A stretch of 64,000 nucleotides of DNA from Eledone cirrhosa (taxonomy: Eukaryota), in assembly GCA_964016885.1 (NCBI GenBank), contig OZ024753.1, forward strand, positions 6,696,001-6,760,000, given 5' to 3'. This document shows positions 12,671 through 25,883 of the stretch, piece by piece. Both the position numbers and the translations under genes were made by a program. A model generated the notes under the pieces. It saw only the letters and a program-made list of their open reading frames with translations, did not search any database and was not told where the DNA came from. Within the stretch, counting starts at the first letter, position 1. The number at the start of each line of letters is the position of its first letter.

Positions 12671-13324
12671 ATTATTAATATTATTTAAATAATAACAATT
12701 AGTGTTAGATAGATTAATAAGTGCAACCATAAGTACGATGCCACTATCTGTGTTGTAGGGTATCGACACATGCAATAACTCTCTTCGTTTATTGATTTCG
12801 AATTTATTATACTGAAGCGAAAGGAGCTAATTTGTAAATGTAGTTTTCCAAATAATATTGACTTTGATCAAATACATATTTAATATAATAATAAATAATA
12901 ATATTAATAATAATAACTGTTCTACTTATGGCACAAGGCCAGCAATAACCCAGTGCATTACTGGTACTTTATTTTATCGACCCCGTAAAATAAAGTACCA
13001 AGCATGAATGTTTAATCCTTCATTACGTTGATTGGTTGGTGATGTGCGTTTCGCTACTGATCAGCTCAAGGTTCGATCTGTATCTATCTGGCCGAACTGT
13101 GTAGTAGTAATGACATGATTTCTCCTGAATGAAACAGTTCTAGTCCTGTAGAAGCCATTGCAATATTAAATATTTATATTCTGTCTGGTATGTATTGAGT
13201 ACCTTACTTACTGTGGTTACCCCCAATTGAACCCGGGATAAACTTATATATATATATATATAATTTCTACTCGCCGAAATGCGATTCTCCCTAAATTTAC
13301 ATTTATATATATATATATATGCAA

Positions 13325-13745
13325 ATTAGATTCGCAACCGTGAGGTTGAGAGGTCGATTCCCAGACCAGGCGATGTGTTATGTCCCTGAGCAAGACACTT
13401 TATTTCACGTTGCTCCGTCTACCTGGAGTTGCGACCGATAGATAGTATTAGCAATTGGAAAGACAAATGGAAACATTGTTACCTTGGACCGATTTGACAA
13501 AAATCGATCGACTGTCGATATAAAGGTGTTGGTCACACGATTGTAATGTTGTGGGTTCGACTCCTGGGCTGGGTTGCATGTTGTGTTCTTAAGCAAAACA
13601 CTTCATTTTACGCTGCTCATGTATACTCATCTGAAAATGCGTACGCACAATAGCTGGGAGTTTAATTCTGTGATCGACTGGCGTCTTGTACAGGAGGGGA
13701 GTAACCGGGATAAGCACCGGCTCAACACACTGCTTCCAGCGCACG
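13325..13745 (+). mobile_element. Two tRNA-derived CORE-type SINEs (family B)
   Basis: B box GGTCGATTCC/GTTCGACTCC followed by tgt.c.t.agcaa.acactt.attt.acg.tgctc. Confidence 0.75.
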
Positions 13746-13751
13746 AGGGCA

Positions 13752-13813
<62 letters not shown>

Positions 13814-14080
13814 TACCCTCGTGCGCTGTCGGGCCAGATCGATACAGATCAAACCTTGAGCTGATCGCTGGCAAAACGCACGTCATCAACCAATACACAT
13901 AATGAAGGAGTAATCACTCGTCCTTGTTTGATGTTATTATACTAAACTCTGTCTAGCTCTACACCTCGATACAAACGTGAACCTAAACATCGAGTGCTCA
14001 CCCGGGTGAACCTACAGCAACTCCGCGTTACACTCTGTGAATATATATATATATATATATATATAGTTTTAATATAGATG

Positions 14081-14131
14081 AGATTCTACAGGACTAGAAC
14101 TGTTTCATTCTTTAGAAATCATCAGGAATCT
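14081..14131 (-). ncRNA. Type I hammerhead ribozyme, intact core
   Basis: Reverse complement: AGATTC CTGATGA T-TTC-TAAA-GAA-T GAAA CAG-TTCTAGTC-CTG TA GAATCT; 6 bp stem I, GUA cleavage site. Confidence 0.75.
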
Positions 14132-14200
14132 TTTATACTCTGCTATGTATTGAGTACCTTACTTGCTGTGGTTATCTCCGATTCAACCCGGAATAACTTA

Positions 14201-14280
<80 letters not shown>

Positions 14281-14285
<5 letters not shown>

Positions 14286-14700
14286 GAGTTAAACAAGATT
14301 CAATGAGAATATCAAAGAATGAGTTTTACAGTAGATTGGAAGCACTCTACAAGAAAAATATTTTCCAGAGTTATTAATTTTATATTAAATTCAAATATTA
14401 ATAACATAGATGTTCTTGTGATCACTAAATTTTATTATACATATTTCAGAGTTACGTGAATCAGGTTCAACTGTACGTCCTCATCAGATAAAATAAAATG
14501 ATACATGACATACCCTGAGATGTTAGATGGTTACCTTGATTAAATCTTAACCATCTAACATATCAGGGTATGTCATGTATCATTTTATTTTATCTGATGA
14601 GGACGTACTGTTGAACCTGATTCACATGCCTCTGAAATATGTATAAAAAAATTTAATTGATCACAAGAACATCTATTTTATTAATATTTGAATTTAATAT
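14281..14700. mobile_element. HHR family H3, palindrome 14382-14700 next to (TA)n
   Basis: Arms of about 150 bp around a short spacer; CTGATGAGGACGTAC on both strands (14594 plus, about 14473-14487 minus); homologous to 51011-51270. Confidence 0.8.
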
Positions 14701-14710
14701 TATATATATA

Positions 14711-14895
14711 AGAAAAGAGTCGGAAACCCGACGGCAGAGCTCAAGCCATTTCAGTCAAGAAATAGCTGTCGAAACTGCTTGACCTCTGTCGTCGGGTTTT
14801 GACTCTTTTCTTATTACCCACTCTACTACCCATAGTATTGAGTACTCTCGTGCGTTATGGTCCACCTGGTTCCTTACCACACTTCTTTCGTTATA
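14711..14895. repeat. Hairpin repeat family; related pieces at 20701, 47128, 59835 and 60160
   Basis: agaaaagagtc..cccgacggcagag...ctctgtcgtcggg..gactcttttct; every copy abuts (TA)n. Confidence 0.65.
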
Positions 14896-15349
14896 TATAT
14901 AATTCAGTAGGCTTAGTGAGGAAGGTACCAACACACACACACACACTAAATATCGTAGGTGTATTAGCATCGGAATGACAATCTGATACAAACTTTGGTT
15001 GGAAACATTAATTTTATATAAAGTTGCGTTCATTAGTTCTTCCGATATTTTGGCCGTTGGCACAATACTGATTTTATCGTTAAAGATTTGAAAATACAGT
15101 TTATTTCCAAAAGTACCATTACGGATTTTCGAGCTTGTGATATTATTGTCAGCGAATCTAAGACATTTAAATAACGATAGAAATTATATCTATCAAAGTG
15201 ATTAGTAGAAAATTGAATTATTGTTTTAAGATCGGTAGCTGTCCACAAGCTATTGACTTGTTCTTAGATGATATCATAAAAATAGATACTCGCCAATTTA
15301 CATCACAGTTAAAGCAACAATAACTACAATAACATCAGCCCACACAATC

Positions 15350-15389
15350 ACACACACACACAGATATATATATACGCATAAGTATTAAT

Positions 15390-15423
<34 letters not shown>

Positions 15424-15816
15424 GCATAAGTATTAATACACACACACAGATATATATATGCATAAGTATTAATACACACACACACACACACAGATATATA
15501 TATGCATAAGTATTAATACACACACGCACGCACATATATATATATGCATAAGTATTAATACACACACACACACACATAGATATATGCATAAGTATTAATA
15601 CACACACACAGATATATATATGCATAAGTATTAATACACACACACACACACATATATATATATGCATAAGTATTAATATACACACACACACACATATATA
15701 TATGCATGTATATTAATACATATATGTATATGTATACATGTATATTAATACATGTATACATATATGTATGTATATATGCATATTTATTAATACATACACA
15801 CATACATATATATACA

Positions 15817-15848
<32 letters not shown>

Positions 15849-15900
15849 CACATGTATATACATATATATATATACACATGTATATACATACATAGATATA
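15350..15900. repeat. Minisatellite of about 35-45 bp built on microsatellites
   Basis: About 9 copies of the anchor gcataagtattaata separated by variable (CA)n(TA)n. Confidence 0.9.
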
Positions 15901-16123
15901 TACATACTTAATCAGACTAAATGTAGACTACATAATCGATATGCCAACATATTCGAATATTTTACCAATTTCACAATTAATATTAAGTTTATTATTCCTG
16001 CGATTCGCTAAGTAAACCAGTTTAAATTCTTCGAAAATAATGAGGTAAAATTTGAAATACAAGTATGATGATGTTCAAAGTTTATACCTGTCATCTAACA
16101 GCACTATTATTATTATTATCATA

Positions 16124-17372
16124 AGGGTGATGGATTAACACTATCGGTAGAGGGTCGGACGCCATGCTTGACGCATAGAGTTACGGCCCTTGCCATTCTG
16201 TGTTCAAATCCCGCCGGGGTTAACTTTGCCTTTCATCCTTAAGGGGTCGATGAAATAAAGTACCAGTCATGCATTGGGTAATTGCTGGCCTTGTGACAAA
16301 AGTAGAAACAATTATTATTATCATAAGGGTGGTGCATTAACAGTATCGGTAGAGGGTCGGACGCCATGCTTTGACGCATAGAGTTACGGCCCTTGCCATT
16401 CTGTGTTCAAATCCCGCCGGGATTAAATTTGACTTTCATCCTTACGGGGTCGATAAAATAAAGTACCAGTAATGTACTGGGTTATTGCTGGCCTTGTGCC
16501 AAATGTAGAAACATTATCATCATAAGGGTGGTGGATTGGCAGTATCGGTAGAGGGTGGGACACAATGCTTTGCAGCATGGAGTTATGGCCCTTTATGTTC
16601 TGAGTTCCAATCCTGCCAAGGTTAACTTTGCCTTTCATCCTACGGGTTCGATAAAATAAAATACCAGTCATACACTGGGGGAGTTTTAATCGACTTTCCT
16701 CTCCCTTGGAATTGCTAGCCTTGTGCCTATATAAGAAACCATTATTATGGCGGTAGTTTGGTAGTACCAGTAAAGGGTCGGGCACCATGCTTTGCAGCAT
16801 GGAGTTACAGCCTTTTACGATATAATTTCAAATCCCGCAAAGGTTAAATTTGCCTTTCATCTTTACGGCGTCGATACAATAAAGTACCAGTAATGTACTG
16901 GGGTCACTGTGCCATAAGTAGAAACAATTATTATTACTATTATAGTTTCTACTATAGGCACAAGGCCAGCAATTTTTGGGGAGGGGAAAGTCGATTAAAT
17001 CGACCCCAGTGCGTGACTGGTACTTTATGTTATCGACCCCGTAAGGATGAATCGTGTGTATCGATAGAGCGTCGAACAGCACACCTTGCGGCATGTAGCT
17101 ATGGATCTTTAAGTTCTGCTTTCAAATCACGCCGTGGCGCGGTCAACTTTGCCTTTCACCCTTACGTGATTGATAAAATAAGTAACAGTAATGAACTGAG
17201 GTCAATTTAATCGACTTTCCCCTCAGCCCAACTTTGTTGGACTTGTCTCTAAATCAGAAAAAAATATTTACTTCGTTGGATTGGCAGAATCGGTAGAATG
17301 TTGGACAATGTTTTGCATCATTGAGATACGTTCCTTTTGAAATTCCGCCAAAATTAGCTTTGCCTTTCATCA
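16124..17372. mobile_element. Dense array of about 7 family A SINEs, mostly plus strand
   Basis: Head-to-tail units starting ggtgg/ggtgat..cagtatcggtagagggtcgg; one inverted fragment at about 16945-17050. Confidence 0.85.
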
Positions 17373-17376
17373 TAGT

Positions 17377-17590
17377 GAAGGCGTGTGGTTGAGTGGTTAG
17401 AGAATTGGATTCGCAATCGTAAGGTTGTGAGTTCGATTCCTGGACCAGGCGATGCGTTATGTCCTTGAGCAAGACACTTTATTTCACGTTGCTCCTTCTA
17501 CCTGGAGTTGCGACCGATAGATAGTATTAGCAATTGGAAAGACGAACGGAAACATTGTTCCCTCGGTCCGATTTGACGAAAGTCGATCGA
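17377..17590 (+). mobile_element. CORE-type SINE (family B); similar copies at 3095, 18212, 55497 and 56353, and on minus at 49800-50003
   Basis: A box TGGTTGAGTGG, B box GAGTTCGATTCC, then tgtccttgagcaagacactttatttcacgttgctcc. Confidence 0.8.
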
Positions 17591-17871
17591 TCTTCTTTCA
17601 TCAAGAAAATAACTCGAAATTTTGCTGCTAAATGCTTCGAAAAAGTGCCAGATCTAGCATTAAATGAGGTGACACTGTAGATCTAATAAGATATATGCAC
17701 TATCAAATGCTCAACTTTCATTTTTTTCTACTATATATTGGTTAATGAATCAATTCCAATACTAGACTGGTACTTTTTTATCGATCTCGAATGGATGAAT
17801 AGTAAAGTTGACTTGGGTAGGAAATTGAGCCGAAACAAATCCCGTAAAGCATTCTAACCGACGTTTTAAGG

Positions 17872-18109
17872 CAGGCATATCATACCGAGGGCCCCGTAGG
17901 GCCACATGGTTTACATATGTGTTGTCTAGGGGCCGGAGGGCCACATGGTTTACATATGTGTTGTCTGGGGGCCGGACGACAACTATTTGCACACATAACA
18001 ACTAATTTTTTTTTAATTTCATATTACGAAGATAAATCATGCTCGCGCTGTAAAACCCTTGTGCAGACCACGGGGTTGCTTGTAAAGGGCCGCATGTTTG
18101 ACATGCCTG
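17872..18109. mobile_element. hAT-type MITE inserted in an old SINE
   Basis: Terminal inverted repeats CAGGCATATCATAC / GTTTGACATGCCTG; 8 bp target site duplication ttttaagg / ttctaagg. Confidence 0.8.
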
Positions 18110-18520
18110 TTCTAAGGACTCTACCAGTTTAAAACCTTATTTATACTAATACTCAACATCAAACACATTGGGATTCACTGTTTCTTTACAACCACTATAT
18201 ATGTTTTTGTGAAGGTCTGTGGCTTATTTGTCAGATAATTGGATTCGCAATCGTGAGTTTGCGAGTTCGAATGGGTGACGAGTTATATCCCTGAGCAAGA
18301 CACTTTATCTGACGTTGTGCTTTCTACCAGGAGTTGCGAGCGGTATGTAGTATCAGTAAGGGAAAGACTAATGGACACATTGTTTCCTCGGTCTGATCTG
18401 ACGAGTTCCACACCACTCGGTAAGTGAATATCTTCTGGGAGCTTCTTGATAGTTATATATATATATATATATTTGTAGATTGCGCTATTATATGCTGTTG
18501 ATAATTTTAGACGTGTAATA

Positions 18521-18693
18521 CAGGTAAAATTCCGTTATAACGAATATCATTATAACGAATTTTTCAGTATGACGAACATTTTTTCAATCCCCGGCCACAC
18601 GCTCGATGTGTTAGGTCGGTCTCGTTATGAGGAATTTTTCGTTACAATAAATTTCTTTTAACCCATGAATTTCGTTATAACGGAATTTCACTT
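18521..18693. mobile_element. Tc1/pogo-type MITE; second copy at 29229-29380
   Basis: Terminal inverted repeats CAGGTAAAATTCCGTTATAACGAA / TTCGTTATAACGGAATTTCACT; TA flanks are clear on the second copy. Confidence 0.8.
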
Positions 18694-19361
18694 CATAAAT
18701 ATTATTCCTAGCGCACTCAATAAATCACTCAATGTAATTACATATAATTTCTCAAGTAGGAACCTGTTATTTATTGTATATAGTAGGTTTCTACAACATC
18801 ATTCACATGTACTTTCCAGTTGTCTTGTATTTTAAATTGTGTGGGTAATGGATTCGTCTAAGGATTTGTCTAGAACTGTTCTACATTGACACTTAATGAT
18901 TGCATCGCGTGCCACTTTCCTATTTACCAATATCTTCTCCATTAATTATTCCTTGTTTTTGCTGTTAACACTTCATTGATTTTTACTACTTTTTTCTTGG
19001 CTCTTGGTTTGTTGGGATTCGAATAATAATATCTATTGTTTAATAAAATGAAGTTTTCTCTAACGGTATATGATTTGTGATTTACATTTAACCTTTTCTT
19101 TTAGAAGCGACTTAATTAAGTGTAACTCCCATTGTTATTTATTGTTTTGAAAATGTTTAACTTACTTTCCTTTCATTTGGTTTTCTCCTTTCGTTTGTTT
19201 TATTGTCCATCTCATGAAGAACTGATAGACTGTTTATTTTGTTGCACTATGTGTTGGCTTTGCCGAAAATTCTTCTTGAAAATGGGAAGAACTATCGATT
19301 TTGTGGATAGTAAAGTTACTGTAAAAATAGGGGGTGTTGTAGTTTTAATTCTATTATATGA

Positions 19362-20121
19362 TATTGGTATTTGCATGTTTAGAGTAAAACTATGAATGCC
19401 CAGTTTGCCTTGTGTGCCTAGTGGATGTTCGCTTGTTGCCATTTTGTCATTAACTCATTATATATGGAAATGATATTCATTGCTTCATAGAAATATCATT
19501 TATGGAGTTAAATACTTTAAATATATTCCACCTTGAAATTACTGCCATTTGTCGAAACGTTCAGCTTTAGGTGTTTATAACCTTAGGTGGTTTTCATGTT
19601 CAATTCCGTTCGTATTTTCTGTTCGTTTTATATTTCGGAATTCTGCTGCGGATTTTGATATTGTTCATACGTTGATGTGAATTTTTATGTCTGTTCTTAT
19701 TTGTTTTCTAAGATGTACATGGATTAGGTCTAAGACCCTGACTTTATATTCTTAAATACAACTACATTGTATGTTCTACTGGAGGCGCTAGAAATAATAT
19801 TTATATAACGCGTTTTAATATTCTTTTTTGGATATTTTTAATTTCCATTATTTGATTTGTTCGTGGTGTTCTTTAAGATATATTTTTTTGCTTTTCAGCC
19901 CCCCCCCCCCCTCTATGTTTCTCTCTCTCGATGTTGCTATGAATATTGGTATTTGCATGTTTACAGTAAAACTATGAATGCCCAGTTTGCATTGTGTGCC
20001 TAGTGGATGATCGCGTGTTGCCATTTTACCATTAACTCAATATATATGGAAATGATATTCATTGCTTCATAGAAATATCATCTATGGAGTTAAATACTTT
20101 AAATATATTCCACCTTGAAAT
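19362..20121. repeat. Direct repeat of about 180 bp (19362-19540 and 19943-20121)
   Basis: atattggtatttgcatgttta...aaatatattccaccttgaaat occurs twice. Confidence 0.85.
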
Positions 20122-20614
20122 AAGGGTTATTATATTTCCAAAACACCAGAATTCACTTTGCTTCCATGGAATATTCACATTAACACTGCATTGGGGTCTA
20201 AGTTGGTTATAAGGTAGTCCACTAATACCCACACACACACACATCTATATATATACGTATATTAGTGGACTACCTATCTTTCTTCTGATGAAAGACTAGC
20301 ATCCGAAACATTATGAGCCTCTTCCTGCTATTTCAAGCGTTAACCTAATATATTCCTTCCATATACTGTACTGATTGAGTTGTTATTTCTGTTTACCTGG
20401 TATATAGATATATATTTACCTTTTATATATATATATATTTTATCCAAAATCTCTGAAGAAGTGACAACTGATTATACATTTGCTATCGAATACTTGCTAA
20501 CATTATATGATTACGCAAGCAGCGATACATAGGTATTCCGTCTGTTACAGAAACATATGTCAATACCTAATAAATTCCTTTTTAAAAAAAGCACTTTCCT
20601 TTTATGTTCATCCT

Positions 20615-20704
<90 letters not shown>

Positions 20705-20885
20705 AGAGTCAGGACCCTGACGGCTGAGCTCCGGCCGTTTCGACAGCTGCTGGATCTAATAACAATTGAGGTTATAGCGCAGTATAGCACTATATTCTTT
20801 GGTAAGATGAATATTCTAGCCGCATTGACAGATCCGTAGGGATGTATGAATAGTTTATAATCCATGATTTTTTTTACGATTTCCA

Positions 20886-20938
<53 letters not shown>

Positions 20939-20942
20939 GGCA

Positions 20943-21069
20943 CCCACTGATGAATTATAGGTGCCCTCTTGAATATATATCTGTTGATGATATACAAGCT
21001 CCTATATAAATGGGTATAATTTCACCCAAATAGTAGGAATCCTATGATGAAACGAGACGTCCGTCTGGG
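20943..21069 (+). ncRNA. Type I hammerhead ribozyme with a 79 nt loop II
   Basis: CCCA CTGATGA ATTATAGG [79 nt] CCTATGAT GAAA CG-AGACGTC-CG TC TGGG; GUC site; lies between two (TA)n tracts. Confidence 0.75.
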
Positions 21070-21114
21070 AAGAAATATATTCGATATGTCTCATATGAAA
21101 TAATACATATATAT

Positions 21115-21165
<51 letters not shown>

Positions 21166-21395
21166 TACATACATACATATATACATACATATATATATAC
21201 ATACATATATATATACATACATATATATATACATACATATATATATACATACATATACATATATATATATACATATATATATACATATATATATACATAC
21301 ATATATATACATATATATATACACATACATATATACACATACATATATATATATGCATATATATATACATGCATATATATATATATATATATGCA

Positions 21396-21429
<34 letters not shown>

Positions 21430-21807
21430 CACATACATATATATATACATATGCATATATATATATATGCATATATATATATATATATACACATACATAT
21501 ATATATTTTATGATATACATACATACATACATACATACACACATACATACACACACACACACACACATACATACATACATACATACATACATTACCCTTA
21601 AATAATATGTTTCTCTCTGATGATGACATTTTTCTTTTCAGATTATATCACCGGGATTTAGCTGGTCAGTTTGAATGTTAAGTTACTTCGAAATTAGGAT
21701 TAGATTTTGATATCTAAACTATAATGAAGGAAGGTCTGCGGGATTGCGTACAATTTAGTATGTTTTATCCCGTTTGTAAAATAAGTTGGATTACTTTGAA
21801 TAAATAA

Positions 21808-22211
21808 TTGTTTCTACGTTAGACACAAGCCCAGCAATATAACAGTATATTACTGGTACTTTATTTCATCGACCCCGTAAGGATGAAAGGAAAAGTTAAC
21901 CTCGCCGGGATTTGAACCCAGAATGGCAAGGGCCGCAACTCTATGCGTCAAAGCATGGTGTCCGCTCCTCTACCGATACTGCCAATCCACCACCCTCATT
22001 GAATAATACTTCGAATCAATAATTGTTTCTACGTTAGGCACAAGGCCAGCAATATACCAGTGTATTACTGGTACTTTATTTTATCGACCCCGTAAGGATG
22101 AAAGGCAAAGTTAACCTCGGCGGGATTTGAACTCAGAATGGCAAGGGCCGCAACTCTATGCGTCAAAGCATGGCATCCGACCCTCTACCAATACTGCCAA
22201 TCCACCGCCCT
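21808..22211 (-). mobile_element. Two tandem family A SINEs flanked by a target site duplication
   Basis: actttgaataaataat on both sides (about 21793 and 22222). Confidence 0.85.
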
Positions 22212-23754
22212 TTGAATTAATACTTTGAATAAATAATGAATGAATATTACATAATTTATCTACTGAATTTTGTAAAAATAAATAATTTAATATTTCGAGA
22301 TAAGAGAAAACATCTTCAAATGTTTTCATTGTATTCAGAATATCGTCTGCACAAATCATAGCAGCTGTTCTGCATGACAAATGCAGAATTTTACAGAAAT
22401 GATCAATTTCCTTACCAGCTCCATCATAACATACATATATAAGACTGGAACACAATCCTATAAATTCTATTGCTATATTCATCTACACTAACTTTCTGTT
22501 TAATATAAACTTTATCATCATCATCATCATGATTGTTTAACGTCCATCTTCCACGCTAGCAAGTGTTAGACGGTTGTGTTCCATTTGATGCGGGAGTGGT
22601 CGAGGGGGGGGACGTGTCTCGCTCGTGTGTCTCTAGCGGGATTTTTGTTTTACAGCTGGATGCCCTTCCTAACACCAACCACTCTTACAGTGTGGACTGG
22701 AAGCCTTTTTTACGGTGTCTCCTACACGACCACCTTACAATGTGGACTGTTCTGTCATCGACACAGTGGACGCAACGGGAAAAGGAGGATGGGGCTAGGG
22801 CGTGTGGGGTGGGGTGGGTTGTACATTGGGTTAAGAGCTGCCTACTGACTGTAGGTTTGTATGCAATGCTATATTCAATTATACCAGAGTCCCACATTTT
22901 ACCGCTGGACGTAATCTCAAAATTACGGTTTGTGAATGTGAGTATATGTGTGTAACGTCCGACCATATGTTATCCACCACCAACTATCTTACCCCACGCC
23001 ATTTGGTCCCGGTTGACAGGGTGGAGAATAAATTGTTGCGAAAAAGGAGCTAGGGAGATTCGCTCGAACAGCCACTCTAACTCGCACCTGAAGGCAAACA
23101 ACTCCACTCCTATATCAGTGAGTAAGGATGTTGGTTCGGGAACCAATAACGCCAGAGGTGTCCCACTGTTACACATTCTAAGACAAACCTTTCGGAGTGT
23201 CGTCACTATTGTCAAATTACGAAAGTCAAAAGAATCAATTGACGATGTCTGGGAAGATTTTACTCACACGATGTACGTCGGTTGCCTTGGATGCATATAT
23301 GACAGCCAACTTATCTCCCTTGATCATTAATCATTCGTATTAATTAACAAATGTATAAAATACTTTTTTTCGTTTTTTTTTTCATATAAAACAATTATGA
23401 GGTTACCTCCCCTAAATTCAGTTGTAAACAAATGTGATTGCCTCCCCTGTCTGTATCCTCACACATGACTATATAGATATTCCGAAAGGCACTCACGTGA
23501 TCTTTCACACGGCGGGACGTAGACACATGAATAAATATATTTGTACATGCATACAGGCCTACCTACATATATACTCACACATATACATACACATATAAAT
23601 GCATGCATACATACACACATACATACATATGCACACACATCTGCATGCATGTATACATACATATATGCATACATACATACATACATAAATATATATATGC
23701 ATAAATACATATACACATACATACATGCATGTATACATATATATGTATATATGA

Positions 23755-24045
23755 ACCTGTAACTCCTGGGGGGTGAGGGAGGGCGCGCCATTGGCATACG
23801 GCGTTTCTTGGGGCATTTTTTAAAAAATACGATGGCACCCATCTCTCCAGGCCTGATGAAAACAGATTTCCTTCCAGCTGATAGAAAGAGATATGGAGGA
23901 AGAATCGAACCCAGTACTAGACTTGTACCATTTTGTATCGATCTCAAGTGGATGAAAGGAAAAGTTGATCAAGGCAGAATTTAAACTCAGAGCAGAAAGC
24001 TGTAACTAATATCACAAAGCATTCTATCCGACGTTCTAATTCCAT
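23755..24045 (-). mobile_element. SINE subfamily C (Nin-type core with a different 3' tail); plus-strand copies at 60826-61165 and about 25960-26160
   Basis: Same ggatgaaagg.aaagttga core, with tail ttcttcctc.atatct...gaaatctg...aacgccgtatg. Confidence 0.65.
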
Positions 24046-25067
24046 GCCTTAAACATACATACATCTGCAGATACAGTAACTAGGTGACGAGTTATATCCC
24101 TCGCCGCAGGTTTGATATCAGAGTTATCCCAGTTTCCTGAGTTGCCTTCTCCTAGCAGAATGCCCTGACAAGGGCTAGGGGGTCCTTCACTCCCAATGGA
24201 TTAACCGCGTGATCGTGTCCAGCCCGACTATTTCTATGTCCCCGCGTATATACATACACATGCACCCATGTATATACACATACAGATATATACATACATA
24301 TGTACATGTGTATATACATATTTACACACTTTTGGATGGCCGTTGACTTTTATGAGCTCTTCCGCCCTTTGTCAGGCTTTGTTTTTTGTCCTGCAGGGTG
24401 TCCACTATCACCCTCCTCACCAAGTAAACGTGGTGGGGATGCCGGTTTAGTCGCCGACGACCCGACCATGTGACAGGTTGTTCAAGGTTACATGTTACCA
24501 GTAGCACTCAAGAGTGACGCGACATACATACATACATACATATATATATATATAAACATACACGAATGACTTACTCAAATTCGCTGAAGTACATTTCATT
24601 AACGATACATTGATCATTCTGATGAGATGGTGTTAGTGGAATGAAATTTGATCAAATCAGTGTGTTTCGCAAAGGAATCGAACATCTTTAGCACAGATCG
24701 ACACTGAACAAATATTATTTCAGATCAAACAGAAAACTATGATCTCATATAGAAATAGTTAATTCATAAATATACGTTTCAGATTTTACCTTCTGCACTC
24801 CCAATTTCTACCTCACAAATCACACTTTCAATCGGTTTCAAATTCACCAAAGTAAACAAGAGTATTAGATTGATTTCAATTTAAACGACAGCACGCTTTC
24901 AATTATTGACCTTCGTACATAACTCGGTCAATAGAAATCATTTGTCATTGTCAATGTTCATTATTTTCACTTTAAATATTTATGGATTACATTAGATTAT
25001 GTCGTTTATTCTTCTACAATGGTCGTATACACGAATTTATATATAAACATACATACATAAAAATATA

Positions 25068-25116
<49 letters not shown>

Positions 25117-25747
25117 TGTGTGTGTGTATAATTATATATATATAAATATATGTATATATATATAAAAATATTATATGTATATATATATAAATATATCTAT
25201 CTAGCTATCTATATAAATATATATATATATATATATATAGATATAGATATATATATATAGAGAGAGATTGATATATATATATATATATCAATCTCTCTAT
25301 CTCTCTCTCTATATATATATAGCAATCTATATTTATCTATATATCTATCTATATATATATATATATATATATATACCTATTAATATATATATATATAAAT
25401 ATATCTATCCCTATATATATAGATATATCTATATATATATATATAAATATATCTATTCTATCAATCTATCTATCTATCTATATGTGTATATATACATATA
25501 TATATATATATTATTTGCTTGCCAAAGCTAAAATAGTCGACATGGTGGGGCGGAGGTGCATCGTAGTGAAAATATTAATTCAATAAGATCTGTTACATTT
25601 TCATATCAATTGTTACATGTGTGATGCGGGCCTTTACTGTGTGAAAAGCCGTATGTATATGTGAATACTCACAGACACACACACTACACACACACACACT
25701 ACACACTACTCTACACATACACACGAACCCACACATGTATGTATATA

Positions 25748-25883
25748 CTGTATTTCCCGGCGCCGAAGACGCTTCGTCGTCGAGGACGCGCCCTAATTTT
25801 GACAACCACAATTTAAAAAAAAAAATAATAAACAATCTTCGGCCTCCAGGACGCGTGGGAGATTTTTATGCCGGGAAATACGG
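25748..25883. mobile_element. Pogo/Tigger-like MITE; second copy at about 42466-42645
   Basis: TA|CTGTATTTCCCGGC ... GCCGGGAAATACGG|TA. Confidence 0.8.

Noticed and set aside
17377-17450. tRNA gene
   Set aside because: The A and B boxes run straight into SINE body sequence, and no complete cloverleaf or terminator is visible.
24615-24662. Hammerhead-like CATT CTGATGA...GAAA TTTGATCAAA TC AGTG
   Set aside because: Stem II does not pair, so it may be chance or too decayed. Lone CTGANGA hits at 5270, 21618 and 49606 also lack a matching GAAA half.
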